A DNA stretch of 64,000 nt, from the NCBI GenBank assembly GCA_951406725.2, contig OX597815.1, forward strand, positions 96,038,001 to 96,102,000, read 5' to 3'. A program made the translations under genes and the position numbers. Positions 13,315 through 27,249 of this stretch are shown here, in pieces. This stretch comes from Octopus vulgaris (taxonomy: Eukaryota). The stretch's first letter is position 1. Every line of letters begins with the position of its first letter. Below the pieces are notes generated by a model, which ran no database searches, was not told where the DNA came from, and saw only the letters and a program-made list of their open reading frames with translations.

Positions 13315-14569
13315 CAAATATGTTATAGACCCTCTTCGTGGTATGTTTTAGACAAATAAAACATTTTTCTCTGTAGAATATACTGAAATATTAGGAATGT
13401 ATGCTGAATATAGTGAAGAGGACGAAACATATTTAGTGAACGACATTTAAAAGAACAGAGGAAAACGTATATACAAATAAAAACAATTCTATTTTTAATG
13501 GAGAACTAAATAAACTATTCTTCAGAACACTCTGATTGAATATTAGAAAGATCATTTTGTTCTGCAAGTACGAAGAAACATCAAACCAAGCATTCATATG
13601 AAATCGGAACAAGAAATCAATGCAAATTATCCTGTACCAAAAGGAACTAAATCTGCAGAGAAACGTCAATGTAACACCTAGTTGGTAGACTGAGCCAATA
13701 AAAGTAATCACATCACCCGTGAAGCACATCCTGCTCATTTGCAAAATATATAGTAATATAGTACTGCATCCTATAATGGAGATAAAATATTGCAGGTTTC
13801 ATTATGCGTGATACCCTTATAAGTGTGATAAAGATTGCAAATATTTTGAAAATCCAGGTGCTTATTCAGAAACAAACTGGAACTAAACCTCATCTCCAAA
13901 TACTATATATAACAGAAGGAAAAGGATCAGAACAAATGGATAATAATAAAGAATATTACACCACGCATTCTCAGACCGATTGTTGGTGAACTCTTCGTTA
14001 CTTACGAATTGATACCTTCAGCACTATGTAATTATAAATAACGTATTTTACGTTATTACCATTGACATGTGAAATACAGCATAAACTTCAAGGTCAGTAT
14101 AATATCTGAGCATGCGCATTTTCAGACTGAGAATCTAAGCAACATTTCGATGTATTAATATCTAAAACAATCAAGAGGATAAAAGAAAAATGTGTCAATT
14201 TATCACCAACTTTAAAAAAATTGAAAGAGACATCAGTTTGCACGAAACTAGTAGAAAATAACAATTGATTGTCAAGACTGAAACATTAGTGCATTGCATG
14301 TTAACTTGGAAAAGGTTACAGAAAAAGAAACGCATGTCGCATCAACATAAATTACATATATTTAGTTTCTTATATATGCCATGTACCTAATCCAAGTTTT
14401 GGAGAAACTTCCAAAATGATTACAAACCATTTGTAGCACATTTGTCGGTTATATTACGTTATGTTAATATAATCTAATTTCAATTAACATAATCGAGACA
14501 AACATATATGCAGTGTTTTTTCAGAGTGAAAAAGTTTCTAAAAGAAAATGATTACCGATTATACAATAA

Positions 14570-14890
14570 GAAACGAAAGGCCAGCAGCAACCAATACATC
14601 ATACAGTTTTTGGATCATGCTGAAAACAATAGGAGTGCAGAAAGACACATATTTTATGGCAAATTTACCATTGTATCGAATGATGAGAAAAATAGAAGTC
14701 TTAAACTATCTCTGAGGAACAGTTTACAAATATTTATAAACAGAGAAAAAGAAAAGAGAATATGGAAGTGTTTATGTAATGAATGCCGAAAGGATACAAA
14801 GTGTCGCTATTGATTTCAAATGCTTTCAAAATGATACGGAAATTCATGTAACACTCGCTGCTGCAAGTTATTTTCAAAAGTACTTTATAA
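14570..14890 (+). mobile_element. Possible pogo-like transposase N-terminal remnant
   Basis: KRKASS..IIQFLDHAENNRSAERH resembles the pogo Brinker-type DNA-binding motif (AE..GNRAAERHF); highly decayed. Confidence 0.3.
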
Positions 14891-15277
14891 TATCTGAAGG
14901 ACACAGTAGTTTATAGTAAACCACGCCACTTGAGATTGGGCTTGCAATAATTCTCTGGCATTTATTTGTAGGGTCTCAATGGTGAAATGATAAATTTGAC
15001 TACAGTGTGAAGCATATAGGAGCAAAACGCATATCCAATATAATTGAATTGTGCACTGACAAACCAAACTACACCTTTCTCTTTATGTCTTACGTTACAT
15101 AATCTTCAATGTGTCCTAAGACATCCAAAGGAAAATCAGTTGGAAGCTTCAATACAGACGATTGTACTCCAGCATATCCTCAATTTTGCTTTAATCAACA
15201 TAAGAAATAATGAAACAGAATAAGAAACAGAATCCACCGGAACACATATAACAAAAAATATATATTTTACATATAGA

Positions 15278-15311
<34 letters not shown>

Positions 15312-15316
<5 letters not shown>

Positions 15317-15530
15317 TAATCCAAACAAGAAAACACAAAACAACAAAGAAACACAACAACGCAAGGACGTGGAACAAATAAAGTATTATTGGACGCTCAG
15401 GAAAGAAGGGAAGAAGGAGGGTTTAACGTTTCGAGCGGAGCTCTTCGTCGGAAACATAGGAGAAGGAAAGATCCCGAGAAGGGAAGACACAGGAAAAGAA
15501 ATCGGCAGCGGTACTCACGAGGTCACATAT
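15312..15530 (-). mobile_element. Short hammerhead-like pLTR/SINE-like repeat, copy 1
   Basis: Clear homology to 35360-35568 and 57417-57618; minus strand reads GTTT CCGACGA A GAGC-tcc-GCTC GAAAC GTT AAAC (15421-15455); TA-flanked. Confidence 0.8.
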
Positions 15531-15772
15531 ATATATACATATATGCATACGCATATGTACATATATACACATGCATATGTGGGCACAGGACGTCACAGAA
15601 CGTAAGCAATATAAAATATGAAAACCTGGAATATGAACTTGTTTTTTTGCGAACAACGAAAGAAACATATATGCAAGTATATATGCATATATGAGCCTAC
15701 ACCCGCACATATATATACATATATGAGTATAAACACGCACACATTTGTATACACTCACACACGAACACACAC

Positions 15773-15825
<53 letters not shown>

Positions 15826-15969
15826 TATTAAGATGCACTCAAACATGCATACGCACGCACACATACACACATGCATGTATATATGCATTAGAATACTCCT
15901 GTTTTATCTGATGGCACATTACTATAAAATTAAATGTATGCTGTGAGTATACACGCTTCTCTTGGCACT

Positions 15970-16900
15970 TAGATCCTCCAGTGCTGTTATTACGACGAGG
16001 AACGAGACATCTGTAGACATCCGGATTGATTACTTCATCTTTAGCCTTATTTCGGCCAAATCTCGTCGCCATCTCATCATTTCGGAACGTATTGCGTCAA
16101 GTCTTCGCTGGTATTTCATTTGATCTTTTCCACCTTTCGATGGTTAATCCATGAAAGTGATATCATGTCTCATGCATTACTTGAAGTACAGGGCCAGTAG
16201 AGATTATCCGTCGTTTAAATACCACAACCTACAAATTCCCCAGGGCTGCTTTTATCATCTCCTCCTCATTTCTCAATGTGTGCCTGTAAGAAATGCCTAG
16301 AGCACTGAACGTGTCTCACTCCAGGTCATACGGTCACTGATATAACAATAAATGGATATAGCTGCAGCTGATACCCTATGAACTCTATACTGGACGAAAG
16401 TATTCGAATACTGATATTCTTTACTTATCGTAGTCTTACATGGTTCAGGTTGGAAAATCCAGATTTCGAGATGCAACTTATTGACGTATTCGATATCTTT
16501 TGTTCCGACAATCACAAATTAATTGGGCCCTTCCTATTAACAGGGCTTTGAGGTTTTCGGTACTAATTCTCAGGATTACTTTCGCCTCCAAACTGTATAA
16601 ATGATCTGTAGCATATCTTTGTCGAAGCGACATGCAACATTCTCCACTTTATTCCAAACCTGATGTTATCGATAGCGTTTTGCGTAATGAAATCAATCGC
16701 TATCAGAAAATCAAAGGGGTATAAAATGCAACCTTGTATCACTCTGGCAGCAATTTCGAACGTATTGGTATTTTTGCTGCTTGTCTTCACGCAAAACTGT
16801 GAGGTCCTGATCAGAGACTTAAAGAAGTTGTTACATAAGCTCGGGATTTCATAGACGCAAAATTTTCTAGGGTGTATCTCGGTGAAAGCTGTCGAATACT
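15970..16900 (-). mobile_element. Old RTE-clade LINE remnant
   Basis: FEIAARVIQGCILYPFDFLIAIDFI..FGIKW (GVRQGC motif) and a decayed C-terminal RR..GHVL/KR..P..TW-like region. Confidence 0.65.
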
Positions 16901-18499
16901 CTCGATGCATACCTATATATATGTACATACATTGGCCTTATGTCAATATTTACACTTCATTGTTTACTCTTAATTCAAAGAAATAGTGAACAGCAGCTTC
17001 AGTTTACAAAAAGATGTTTTATAAGTGACTTTGAAAATATGGCCTTCATGAAACCTGAATTAATCTTTGCATTATGTCTAATAAATTATAAATTCAATTA
17101 CGCGTGTTTATATAATACAAAAAGTAAACCCAAATTTCGAATCGCAAATATTTAAAGGGTGTTTCAATTTCGTTTTGAAATTGCAGCATTGATTACAATC
17201 TATTTTATTAGAACAAATATTGGGAGAGAATTATATCAGGTGATGATCAACTATGAGCATTTGTGTACAGATCACACACGTTCACTCTACATTTCCTACC
17301 TTATGATATGTGTGAGTGTATGTATGTTTGTATGTGTACGTTTTCGTATATATAATTATATGATGATTTGTTTTCATGGATTTCTTCCAAGATGACTAGA
17401 ACTCGTAACATGTTTCAATACAAGGACAAAAAGTATTGACTGAAACAGATTATATAATCGAATCCCTAACAGGTCTTTCACAGTCATGACATTTTTTCAG
17501 TTGATGCATTCGCACATAGATACTCGGTGTTAATAAACTGTCCCTCCTTCGAACGATGTAATGTCGACAAAGATACGTTAAATGCAATAGTTGTTTATGT
17601 GTTGATGTTGTGCATTTGTCAAAACTTTTATATTTCGGCAAAAGAAATCATTATTGAAATAGAACTGAGATCAATTAAACCCCGTTCTTATTTTAAATTA
17701 TAAGTTACAGTTGCGAAAAAATGTGGTCGTTAATCAATCCATGTTACATCGCAGTGTATCTAAATTATATTTTGTGCGTACAGTAATTTTCTCAGCATTA
17801 CCTTTTCTTTCTCTCATTACATATTTTAGATGGAAATGAGTTATTTTTTCCAATAAAATGATGTTTTTGGATAAATGGAAATTATCAGCAAATCAATGTT
17901 ACCGAAATATGTTAAGTTATCATATATTCATTGCTTTCTAACTAATGAACAGCAGTAGCGAATCATGTCATTAAAGCAGATGCGCTTAAAATTTGTTCTT
18001 CGTCACATTAAGTGTATTCATTAAAAGGTAAAACTGAACTATGTCAACTGATTTGATAGAATTCAGAGGAGCAAATCCTTGCTGGTTTGCTTGTGTCGAG
18101 TAAGTAATAATAAGTACAATATCGCCATTGATTGATTCATGTTTATCTAATTAGTAGCTTTAAAAGTTAGGGATTTTTACGTAGTTGATGAATTAATATG
18201 CTTAAGTGGCAGGAATATGAGTGACGATTTTTGCACTTTAGTTTTGTATATATTTCTATAGATACACATAACTTAATGGGTGTGCTGTAACATCGTTACT
18301 CTATGTGCAAGCAATAGTAATCATATAACCATGGAATCAAAACTACTTTTTGATAATTGCGAAATCATAGAGAAGTATGACAAAAAAGTTATCCGTATAT
18401 ATAAATAATAAATTAATATTCATTATATAGGTAATTAAAAGAAATACGTCTTCACGTACCGAAAGACATAATAATAGAAAATTATACGAATAACATATA

Positions 18500-18833
18500 T
18501 CTTTTGTATTTTATCTTTTACTTCAAAGCACACAGTCGAACGAGTCGACGAAAATAAGCATTAATATTTTAAAGTTTGATGTTCATCCTTGCAGACCTTT
18601 TAACGAATCGTTAGGTTGCAGGGATGTATACAAAGCAATGCCGGATGTCAAGCGCTGGTAGGCTGCAAACACTAAGGCACAGACACGTGCAACTAAATAC
18701 ACACACACACACCACTTCACACATACACCCCCTTCACATATATACAGCGATATTTGCTTAAGCTGCCAAGCTGTGGGGCTGAACTACGAAGCATGTGGAT
18801 GGAAAGCTAAATTATTAACAGCCAGCTACGCCC
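18500..18833 (-). mobile_element. Decayed tRNA-type SINE (same family as 35721-36111)
   Basis: Reverse-complement similarity to head, body and TAAAAGA tail of the 35721 copy. Confidence 0.6.
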
Positions 18834-19351
18834 ATGATTCTATTCATTTCTATTTAAAAATTGAACGTACATTTCAAATAACGTACAAATATATGTTGCG
18901 TAGTTAGAGCGACAGGTTTATGAGATTCTATCTGCAATGACGTGAGACTAGATAATAATTTATTTGTGACGTTTGTACCGTGTTACAATTTTAAAACGGA
19001 AATTGTGTAGAGGAACACCACACGCAAATAGATATGTATATAAGTACACGCACACGCAAAAACAGGCACACACACATACGCACACGTACACATAAATACA
19101 CACACATACACACACAGAGGATAAATTATTTTAAACATGAATTTTTATCATTTATTCTAAGCATACATTTCAATCTCTGCAGTGTATGACGGTAAACCAC
19201 AACTGTGCACCAGTGGGCCACTTTAATGCATTATGTTTCAGACTAGATGACAATATTCTGCACGGAGCTGAAAGCTCTCCAGTCCACATCGTTTACCTAT
19301 CAGTACACGCAACCACCCACACAGAGAAATAATATATATATATTTTATATG

Positions 19352-19766
19352 AAGGCGGCGAGCTGGCAGACACATTAGCGCGACGGACGAAATGCTTAGC
19401 GGTATTTTGTCTGCCGTACGACTTGAGTTCAAACTCCGCCGAGGTCGACTTTATCTTTCATCCTTTCGTGGTTGATAAATTAAGTACCAGTTACGCGCTG
19501 GGGTCGATATAATCGACTTAATCCGTCTGTCTGTCCTTGTCTGTCTCCTCTGTGTTTAGTCCCTTGTGGGTAGTTAAGAAATAGGTATTTCTTCTGTCGT
19601 TACGTTCTGAGTTCAAATTCTGCGAGGTCGACTTTGTCTTTCATCCTTTCGGGGTCGATAAATTAAGCACCAGTTTCGAACTGGGGTCGATATAATCGAC
19701 TTAAACCGTCTGTCTGTCCTTGCCTGTCTCCTCTGTGTTTAGCCCCTTGTGGGCAATAAAGAAATA
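19352..19766 (+). mobile_element. tRNA-derived SINE with Nin-like central domain, internally duplicated
   Basis: GGCGGCGAGCTGGCAGA head, B-box GAGTTCAAACTCC, GAGGTCGACTTT..TTTCATCCTTTC..GATAAATTAAGTACCAG; segment 19401-19583 is repeated at 19584-19766. Confidence 0.85.
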
Positions 19767-20028
19767 TATATATGTTATATGTGTGTGTATGTGTGTGTGC
19801 GTGTGTGTGTTTGTATGGGTGTGTGTTTTATCTTGTAATTGAACAGGGTGGTTGAAACCAGTGTATTTAAATATAAATACGCTCCAACATAATGTTCGTC
19901 TGATGTGTCAGAGTAAGATAGAACTAAAATATAATAAATTGGCATAACTGGAGTTACACTTTACTCACGACTATCTAACAAGATGAATGAAATACCAGCC
20001 AGTCGATTAATGGTATAAATATAAAACC

Positions 20029-21477
20029 ATGTATGATGGTATGCGTTCAACACCACACATTATCAAAGCGTTGGCTCCGGTCATCTGCGAGCCCTTAACA
20101 CGACTATTCAATATGTCATTGGCGACGGGTGTTATACCTGCAGACTGGAGAACAGCGATAATCTGCCCAATTTTCAAGAAAGGGAGCCGCGAAGACCCGC
20201 TTAACTACCGACCGGTTTCCCTTACATCAATAATCAGCAAGATGTTCGAAACCATCCTTAAGAAAAGTAGGATGCTCCACCTCCTAAACACAGCCTCTAT
20301 CTCTGATTCCCAACACGGCTTCGTGCCGAAGAGATCATGCTTGACCAACTTACTAGTAATGGAAGAATTGGTGACGCGCATCCTCGATGATAGTGATGCT
20401 GTTGACATCGTTTTATTGGACTTTGCCAAAGCTTTTGACTCGGTAAACCACCGCCTATTACTTGTCAAGCTTCAAGCATATAGTTTCCATCCGGATATTA
20501 TACGATGGGTTGGTGCCTTCCTCTCAGATCGCTCCTTCCAAGTCCAAGTTAATGGTTCGCGGTCCGACGTCTCCAGTGCGAGCAGTGGCGTGCCTCAAGG
20601 TTCAGTGCTTGGGCCCTTGTTGTTCTTAGTCTTCATAAATGACTTGCCCGACGACCTCACGCAACACACCCTTCTATTTGCCGACGATATCAAACTGGTC
20701 GCTCCTCGCGGTAATATAGAGGATCTTCGTCGATGCCTCCACCAAATTTGGAAGTGGTCTAACGATTGGGACCTGTATCTGAACGTGTCAAAGTGCTGTC
20801 ATCTGCCTGTCGGCTCTACTCCTGCAAATCAACTTGATTTCGAGCCGGGTCGTCTGCTGCTGGAGAGGACCGATCAGGTAAAGGACCTGGGTATCTTGGT
20901 GGATTCCTCCTTTTCGCCTTCGGCCCAGTGCGTCCATGCTGCCAACAAAGCACGCGGAATTCTGTTCTTGATTCGACGGTCATTCGGAATGCTCACAGCA
21001 GCCATATTCCTACCACTCTATGTCACGCTGGTGAGACCCATATTGGAGTATGGGATTCAAACCTCTTCTCCTTATCTCCTCAAAGACATACAGCATCTCG
21101 AAAGAGTTCAGAAGCTGGCTACCCGCATGGTTCATGGTCTCAAAAATTTGTCCTACGAAGAAAGGCTGAGGACGCTCGACCTTTATTCTCTTGAAAAACG
21201 CCGCCGCCGTGGTGATCTCATTCTCGCCCACAACATCATAAGCGGAAAGTGTAACCTCTCGAAAGAGCTGTTCTTCACTCCTGCTCCAGAGCGTCGGCTG
21301 CGGGGTCATTCCGAAAAGCTCTACCTGCGACGATTTCATCTCAATCGTTGGAGAGGAGCTTTCTTCGTCCGGGTTGCGGATCCGTGGAACAAGCTGCCAG
21401 ACGAGATGGTGAAGATGCCAACGACCGCTTTGTTCAAAGCCTCCCTGGACCTCAAGTGGCCTGAACTCTTTACATGA
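20029..21477 (+). CDS. CR1 reverse transcriptase (ORF2 3' half), uninterrupted 482-aa frame
   Basis: NYRPVSLTS, QHGF..RSCLTNL, DFAKAFDSV, GVPQGSVLGPLLF, FADD, LERVQ..ATR, RR.RGDLI, RGH..KL, WNKLP; the start Met probably lies in flanking DNA. Confidence 0.9.
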   Translation: MYDGMRSTPHIIKALAPVICEPLTRLFNMSLATGVIPADWRTAIICPIFKKGSREDPLNYRPVSLTSIISKMFETILKKSRMLHLLNTASISDSQHGFVPKRSCLTNLLVMEELVTRILDDSDAVDIVLLDFAKAFDSVNHRLLLVKLQAYSFHPDIIRWVGAFLSDRSFQVQVNGSRSDVSSASSGVPQGSVLGPLLFLVFINDLPDDLTQHTLLFADDIKLVAPRGNIEDLRRCLHQIWKWSNDWDLYLNVSKCCHLPVGSTPANQLDFEPGRLLLERTDQVKDLGILVDSSFSPSAQCVHAANKARGILFLIRRSFGMLTAAIFLPLYVTLVRPILEYGIQTSSPYLLKDIQHLERVQKLATRMVHGLKNLSYEERLRTLDLYSLEKRRRRGDLILAHNIISGKCNLSKELFFTPAPERRLRGHSEKLYLRRFHLNRWRGAFFVRVADPWNKLPDEMVKMPTTALFKASLDLKWPELFT

Positions 21478-21561
21478 ACACCACCCTGTACTTAACTCCA
21501 TGTCCCCCTACATGGCCTTGCTATTTGCTTTTGAGCCAAATTAACTAACTAACTAACTAAC
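20050..21561 (+). mobile_element. 5'-truncated CR1-clade LINE with (TAAC)n tail
   Basis: CR1-type RT motifs, short 3'UTR and TAAC tandem tail at 21542-21561. Confidence 0.93.
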
Positions 21562-24389
21562 ATCAATGATAGAAAATAATATATGAATGGAACATTACAT
21601 AGAAACACACAAACACATGCTTATACACAAACATATACACACTCACACACACGTACTACTAAAGAGATATATGTAACATACAAAATTTCTACAACTCAGC
21701 ATACATTTAATAAAGATTTCCATTTTTGCTGATCGAATAATGTGTTGGGAAATAATTCAGGGTAATTAGCTATAATTGTGTAATTCTGTGTAAATCTACA
21801 TTACATGCACCAATTATGTTTACCACCTGACATACTATATTAAGCTAATATGACATCAATTCCAGAGAAGCTTTAATTTTAATTAAATATTTATATGTTA
21901 TAATTCTTCAAACATATGAATCTTCTAATCACATTCTAGAGGAAGAAGGCTCGTAAGTGATTAGAAAGTAATTACAAGGAAATTAATAATGAGTTATATG
22001 TTATTACTCTTCAACGACGAGTACATTTGAATAGGTAATTTGTATATGAAAAGCCAAATTAAGTAATACCATTGGAAAATAATAACACAGTACAATTATT
22101 TTTTTCAGTCTTTGGTCATTCAATGTTATTTTGCATTTTCTTCTGTCTAGAAATCAAATGAAATAACTATTATTCCCCTCAAACGTTACTTTTGTCGCCT
22201 GGAGATCAATGTTTTGAAACCGATCTATTTTCCATTAGATTTCAGTCAGATTTTGTGCTAAGTTGCTGCAGTAGAAATATCGTTGTAGTGAATATTCTGC
22301 TCAATACCATCGATTTGGTTGTCAGTTGCTTGACCTTACTCACTTGTGCATATTTCTTTGTGACTGACAATGTGTGCATCTCTGATCATGGGTAGGAATA
22401 GTGAAGGAGCATCATAGCTGTGTTGAGAGGCACTTTTTGGGGTTTGAATGAAAGTAACAAAACAGTTTAAAGGAAATATTGTCCATTTTTCATACTTTCT
22501 AGGGGTAGGAAAATAGAAAATAATATTTGTTACCCGATGACAAAAATCATGTTGCACGCTGTAATTTGTGTTTATGGAATAACTGTTTAAAATTACTGTA
22601 AATACTAGGAAGATGTACCATGGTACATAAGATAGTTTATATTTATTCCATTCTAAGATCATGAATGGTTAGCATTTCCCAAATGCAATGATAGCAAAAC
22701 AAAAAGGGTACAACTGATTTTGTATGAAGAGAATCTGGATATTTTGACATATACAAAGTTAGTACTTTTAATATTACACAAATAAATTCACTTCACGCTG
22801 AAATATACAACTAATTTAAACTCAGTCTGTAACTTCGGGTTATTTGTATTTTAAATCTGGGAAAATTTTATTGACGCCATATCAGTTAGTTAACTTCGTG
22901 TTGGATATTTGCTTCAAGAACTTTTATATTTATTTATTATTGACAAAGTTGTTTCAAAATATTAAGTGAAGCCTTAATATTATAAGTAAAACGATCATTG
23001 GTTGAATATTCTTTTGATATTCGTGATACATTTTTGCAATTAATAAATGTTTAACAATATTCTTTCTCGAAAACTTGCAAGAAGAAAAACATATATAAAG
23101 ATATTAAAATTTGAAATATTCCACTTTCTGCCTGTTCTATATAACGCATTGGTATACACACCTTTTACTAGAGCCATTATTAGAAAATTGTATTGTTCCT
23201 CTTGCTTTTTACTGGCAAGTATATTTCACAAATATAAGTGAACGTGTGAAAAATTTAATATATAATATTAAATTTTAATATAACATTAAACAATTTCAGT
23301 TGTATTTACATGCTTCACTAAAATAGATTTTTCTTTTAATATCCAAGTCATATAAAATTTTTTTAGTCGTTTTGCTATGTTTTAATTTTTCTACCTAATT
23401 TATTTAATATTTGTTTATGAAAACAAAATGCATTTGAATTATTGTTATCTCATTCTTACATTAAACTTTTTCGTTTATTGTGTCGGAAATTATCAGCTTA
23501 GTGTTTCGAAGCTATCTGAAATTAATAGAAAAATTCAAATGAAAACAACTTTTAACAACTTCATATATTTATCTTCATATAGAACCAATTCAAAACAACG
23601 AATATTAAAGTGTGTTAGGCTAATCACTCAATGAGTAGACAGACTAATATTGTAAACACCACTAGACCGCAACATATCAATATGTACATTTTCATTTGAG
23701 CAGCAAGTAAAGGCATTTAGTAATATCTTATTCAATATTAAAATATATTTTATAACGAAAATCAAATATTATATTATATTAAACTTAGTATAGAATAATA
23801 TATATTATAAAGTTTGCAATGTTCTTCCCCTATAATTAAATGGGTAAATGCAGCCTAATAGGAAACATATCCAATTTACTTACCACACTATGTATTCTTT
23901 GAGATGGTTGCTTAAACTGTTATTTAATATTATATCTAATTACACTGAATAGACACTGCAGTCAGTGTACTGATAGCATTTGTTGTAATTTGATTTTCCA
24001 TTGATTCAGAACGTCTAAATAAAACAATATCATAGCGACTCCGGTTTCTCAGAGAGAATGAAAGCCATGGGCTCTGACTCTTTATCTAAACCTAAGTTAC
24101 ATAAAAATTTAATGATCCGCTAGTTCGAAAATATTTATGGTGACCGAATGACTCTTAAGTCCCATATACGTAAAACTATTTAGTGAAAAAAACTTAACAC
24201 TTTTGACAATAAACACTGCCTTTATCGCATATCATAATATCCGGTTAAAATTATATATAATTTCAGTAGGAAGTGTGTGTTGTAAGGTGAGTTTTCACGA
24301 ATATCAGTGCTGCATGAAAAAGAATTGTAATTTTCTGAGTGAGCAGGCATACATGTACACACAGGAATATATACTGACTGCTAAATGAA

Positions 24390-24610
24390 CAAATCTGGAG
24401 AGGATGGCAAAATTGTGTGACTGAGGGACAACAGATGGACAATCAGAATGAGAAAATGGATATCAGAACAATCGATAAGATCAAAAGGCCGGCTGAAGAC
24501 AAGCTGTGCAGATAATCCTATCCGCTACGTGAGACCTTCCTGGCCATGACTGGTCAGTGGTAGAAAATTGCAGGAGGAGTTCATGGAGGTATTCTTCCTT
24601 CAGGTAAAAT
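24390..24610 (+). mobile_element. Old RTE-like LINE 3' remnant
   Basis: Translates ..LRDNRWTIRMRKW..RSKGRLKTS.AD..W..EVFFLQ, like the RTE C-terminus DNRWT..W....R.RGR...RW.D. Confidence 0.55.
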
Positions 24611-24811
24611 GGAACCTTGAATAAAAATAAAAAATAGAAATGGATGGTTAAAGGACGAAAGAATTATATGTAATCGCATTGATTATTAGATTTTGTTACG
24701 GATGCAATATACAATCTCCAACGGCATTCATTTCGCACTCAGTGCAAGAGTTCATATGGTAGATATAATCCAATCTACAAATAAACAAAAGTTGATTAAA
24801 GCATAGACGTA

Positions 24812-24884
<73 letters not shown>

Positions 24885-25018
24885 CAATTGCAGCATGGAA
24901 GGTGTTTATAAGCCATTTAAGAAACACACAAAAACCGTTAGGTTCACTTCAACATTTAAATCTAACGGTTTTTGTGTGTTTCTTAAATGGCTTATAAACA
25001 CCTTCCACGCTGCAATTG
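24885..25018. repeat. Long inverted repeat (~60-bp arms, ~14-nt spacer)
   Basis: CAATTGCAGCATGGAAGGTGTTTATAAGCC...CCGTTAG versus CTAACGG...CCTTCCACGCTGCAATTG; about 2 mismatches. Confidence 0.95.
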
Positions 25019-25078
25019 TTTTCGTTCCAGCACACAATCTCAGATCAGGTCACTTGCTATGCAAGTACATCTCCATAA

Positions 25079-25151
<73 letters not shown>

Positions 25152-26147
25152 ATGTGTGTGTGCATGTGTGTATGTATATATAGAGATGTATATATATATA
25201 TATATAAACACAAATACAAGTGTGATAGTAAATTCATAGTTAAAAATGAACTAAGAAGCCTTGCGCCAGCCATAATCCCGTTTGTAATGACTCGGATATT
25301 GTTTTTGAAAAAGCAAGGTAATATTAACGATTTCCTCGAATGGGATTTGTTAACTACACTTAAGTTGCTAGCTACTTTGGGCTTGATAGCACTGTGTACA
25401 CGAAGGCGAATATCAACACTGCCCGCTTGTTCAAATCCAGTATTTGTAGTGGTCACTTCAGGACAACATTATTCATATATGTAAGCGTGGAAGTATTTTA
25501 AAATCTTTTCACAAATGTTGACAAATTTGTGAGAAAATAAACAAGGATTCCTAGAAAACCTATTAGAATTCTGAATTACCTAATCCAATCTGCATCCTAT
25601 TCAAACATTCATTTGTGTACATACGTCTTCACAGAGTGATCAATTAGATTGAAATGTCCATAAGATGGAAATGTCAAAACCAGGGAAATCTGTTGTAGAG
25701 CAATTTCCCCAAGGTCTTTGATCATCTTGAATCCACTATGAGCGCAATACTGATTTTTTTTCATTTTCCAATATATGTAGCATAGCGTGGCATTGTCAAG
25801 GGCATATGAATGTTCTAGATGCGTTGCAAGGTCATAAGCCGATGAGATGGAATTCTGTCTGCAATAAATAGCCGACACACGAAAGTATATATATTCACAA
25901 CATTTGTATTGTCAGGATTGAGTTTAAAAAATGCATTACGTGAGAGACTTTACATGACTGAAATTCTGTTTTAATTTACGTGTAATCGGGAAATTTCCAG
26001 AATATATAGTTTCATGAATTATATTACCTGACTAACGTATATGTAATGTCTGAGAAGCATTCAACAGAGCCCACAAACACAATGGCAGGCACAAACACAC
26101 GCACATACAAAAAAAAAACACATACAAAAAAACACGGTCACATGTAT

Positions 26148-26302
<155 letters not shown>

Positions 26303-26314
26303 CATACATATATT

Positions 26315-26733
26315 TGTATTTATTTCTTTACTTGTAGCTGCCATTTGACCAACTTTATGCTAGAGCACTGCCTTAATGAGATTTAGTCGAAGAGATTAAT
26401 CCCAGAACTTATTATTTGTGAGTCTAGTTCTTATTTTATCGGTGTCTTTAACCGAATCCCTAAGTTACGGAGACAAACACACTAGTATCGGATGTTAAGC
26501 AATGATAGGAAGACAATCGCAGACACAGACGCACACACACATTCACTCGCACACACAAACATATACATACATATATGATGGGCTTCTTTCAATGTCCGTC
26601 TACCAAATCCACTTACAAGGCTTTGGTCTGCACGAACTTATAGTTGAAGACACTTATCCAAGGTACCACACAGTGGCATTGAACTCAGAACCATGATGTT
26701 GGGAAGCAAGTGTCTTACCACAAAGACACGCCT
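26315..26733 (-). mobile_element. tRNA-type SINE copy (35721 family)
   Basis: Reverse-complement homology: GAAGACACTTATCCAAGG, TCCGTCTACCAAATCCACT, CTAAGTTACGG. Confidence 0.8.
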
Positions 26734-26852
26734 AAACACACACATAGATATATATATATATATGTATATATATATGTATGTATATATATATATATGCATG
26801 TGTATATATACATATATATATATTGACATAAATGTATATATATATTTATACG

Positions 26853-26893
<41 letters not shown>

Positions 26894-27249
26894 ATATGTA
26901 TATATGTATATATGTATATATGTACATATATGTACATATATACATATATGTATGTATACATTAACACACATTCACACATACACATGAATTACCTCACAAA
27001 TGGGACGATATAAACATTATGTGACACTAAATCGTGAAAAGGTTTAAGTGGTCAACCTTGTGGTTCCCTTCATAAATCAAGCAACGCATCGTGGTAGTAT
27101 GAAAACACTCTCCATCAAGGTTTCTGAATTCTAACATGAAATTAGTAACGATATTAATCCATGCATCCATCTATCCATATTTACAAACATACGTACATGC
27201 ATACAAGCATGCACGCATACATACATTAATCTATTCTAATGCAGACTTT

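Noticed and set aside
13695-14120. CCAAT, octamer-like ATTTGCA and GCATGCGCA motifs as a promoter
   Set aside because: Short motifs expected by chance; no associated exon or CpG-rich region
21010-21501. 163-aa antisense ORF in CR1 and similar antisense ORFs in the RTEs and mariner
   Set aside because: Shadow frames of TE coding sequence with no recognisable motifs
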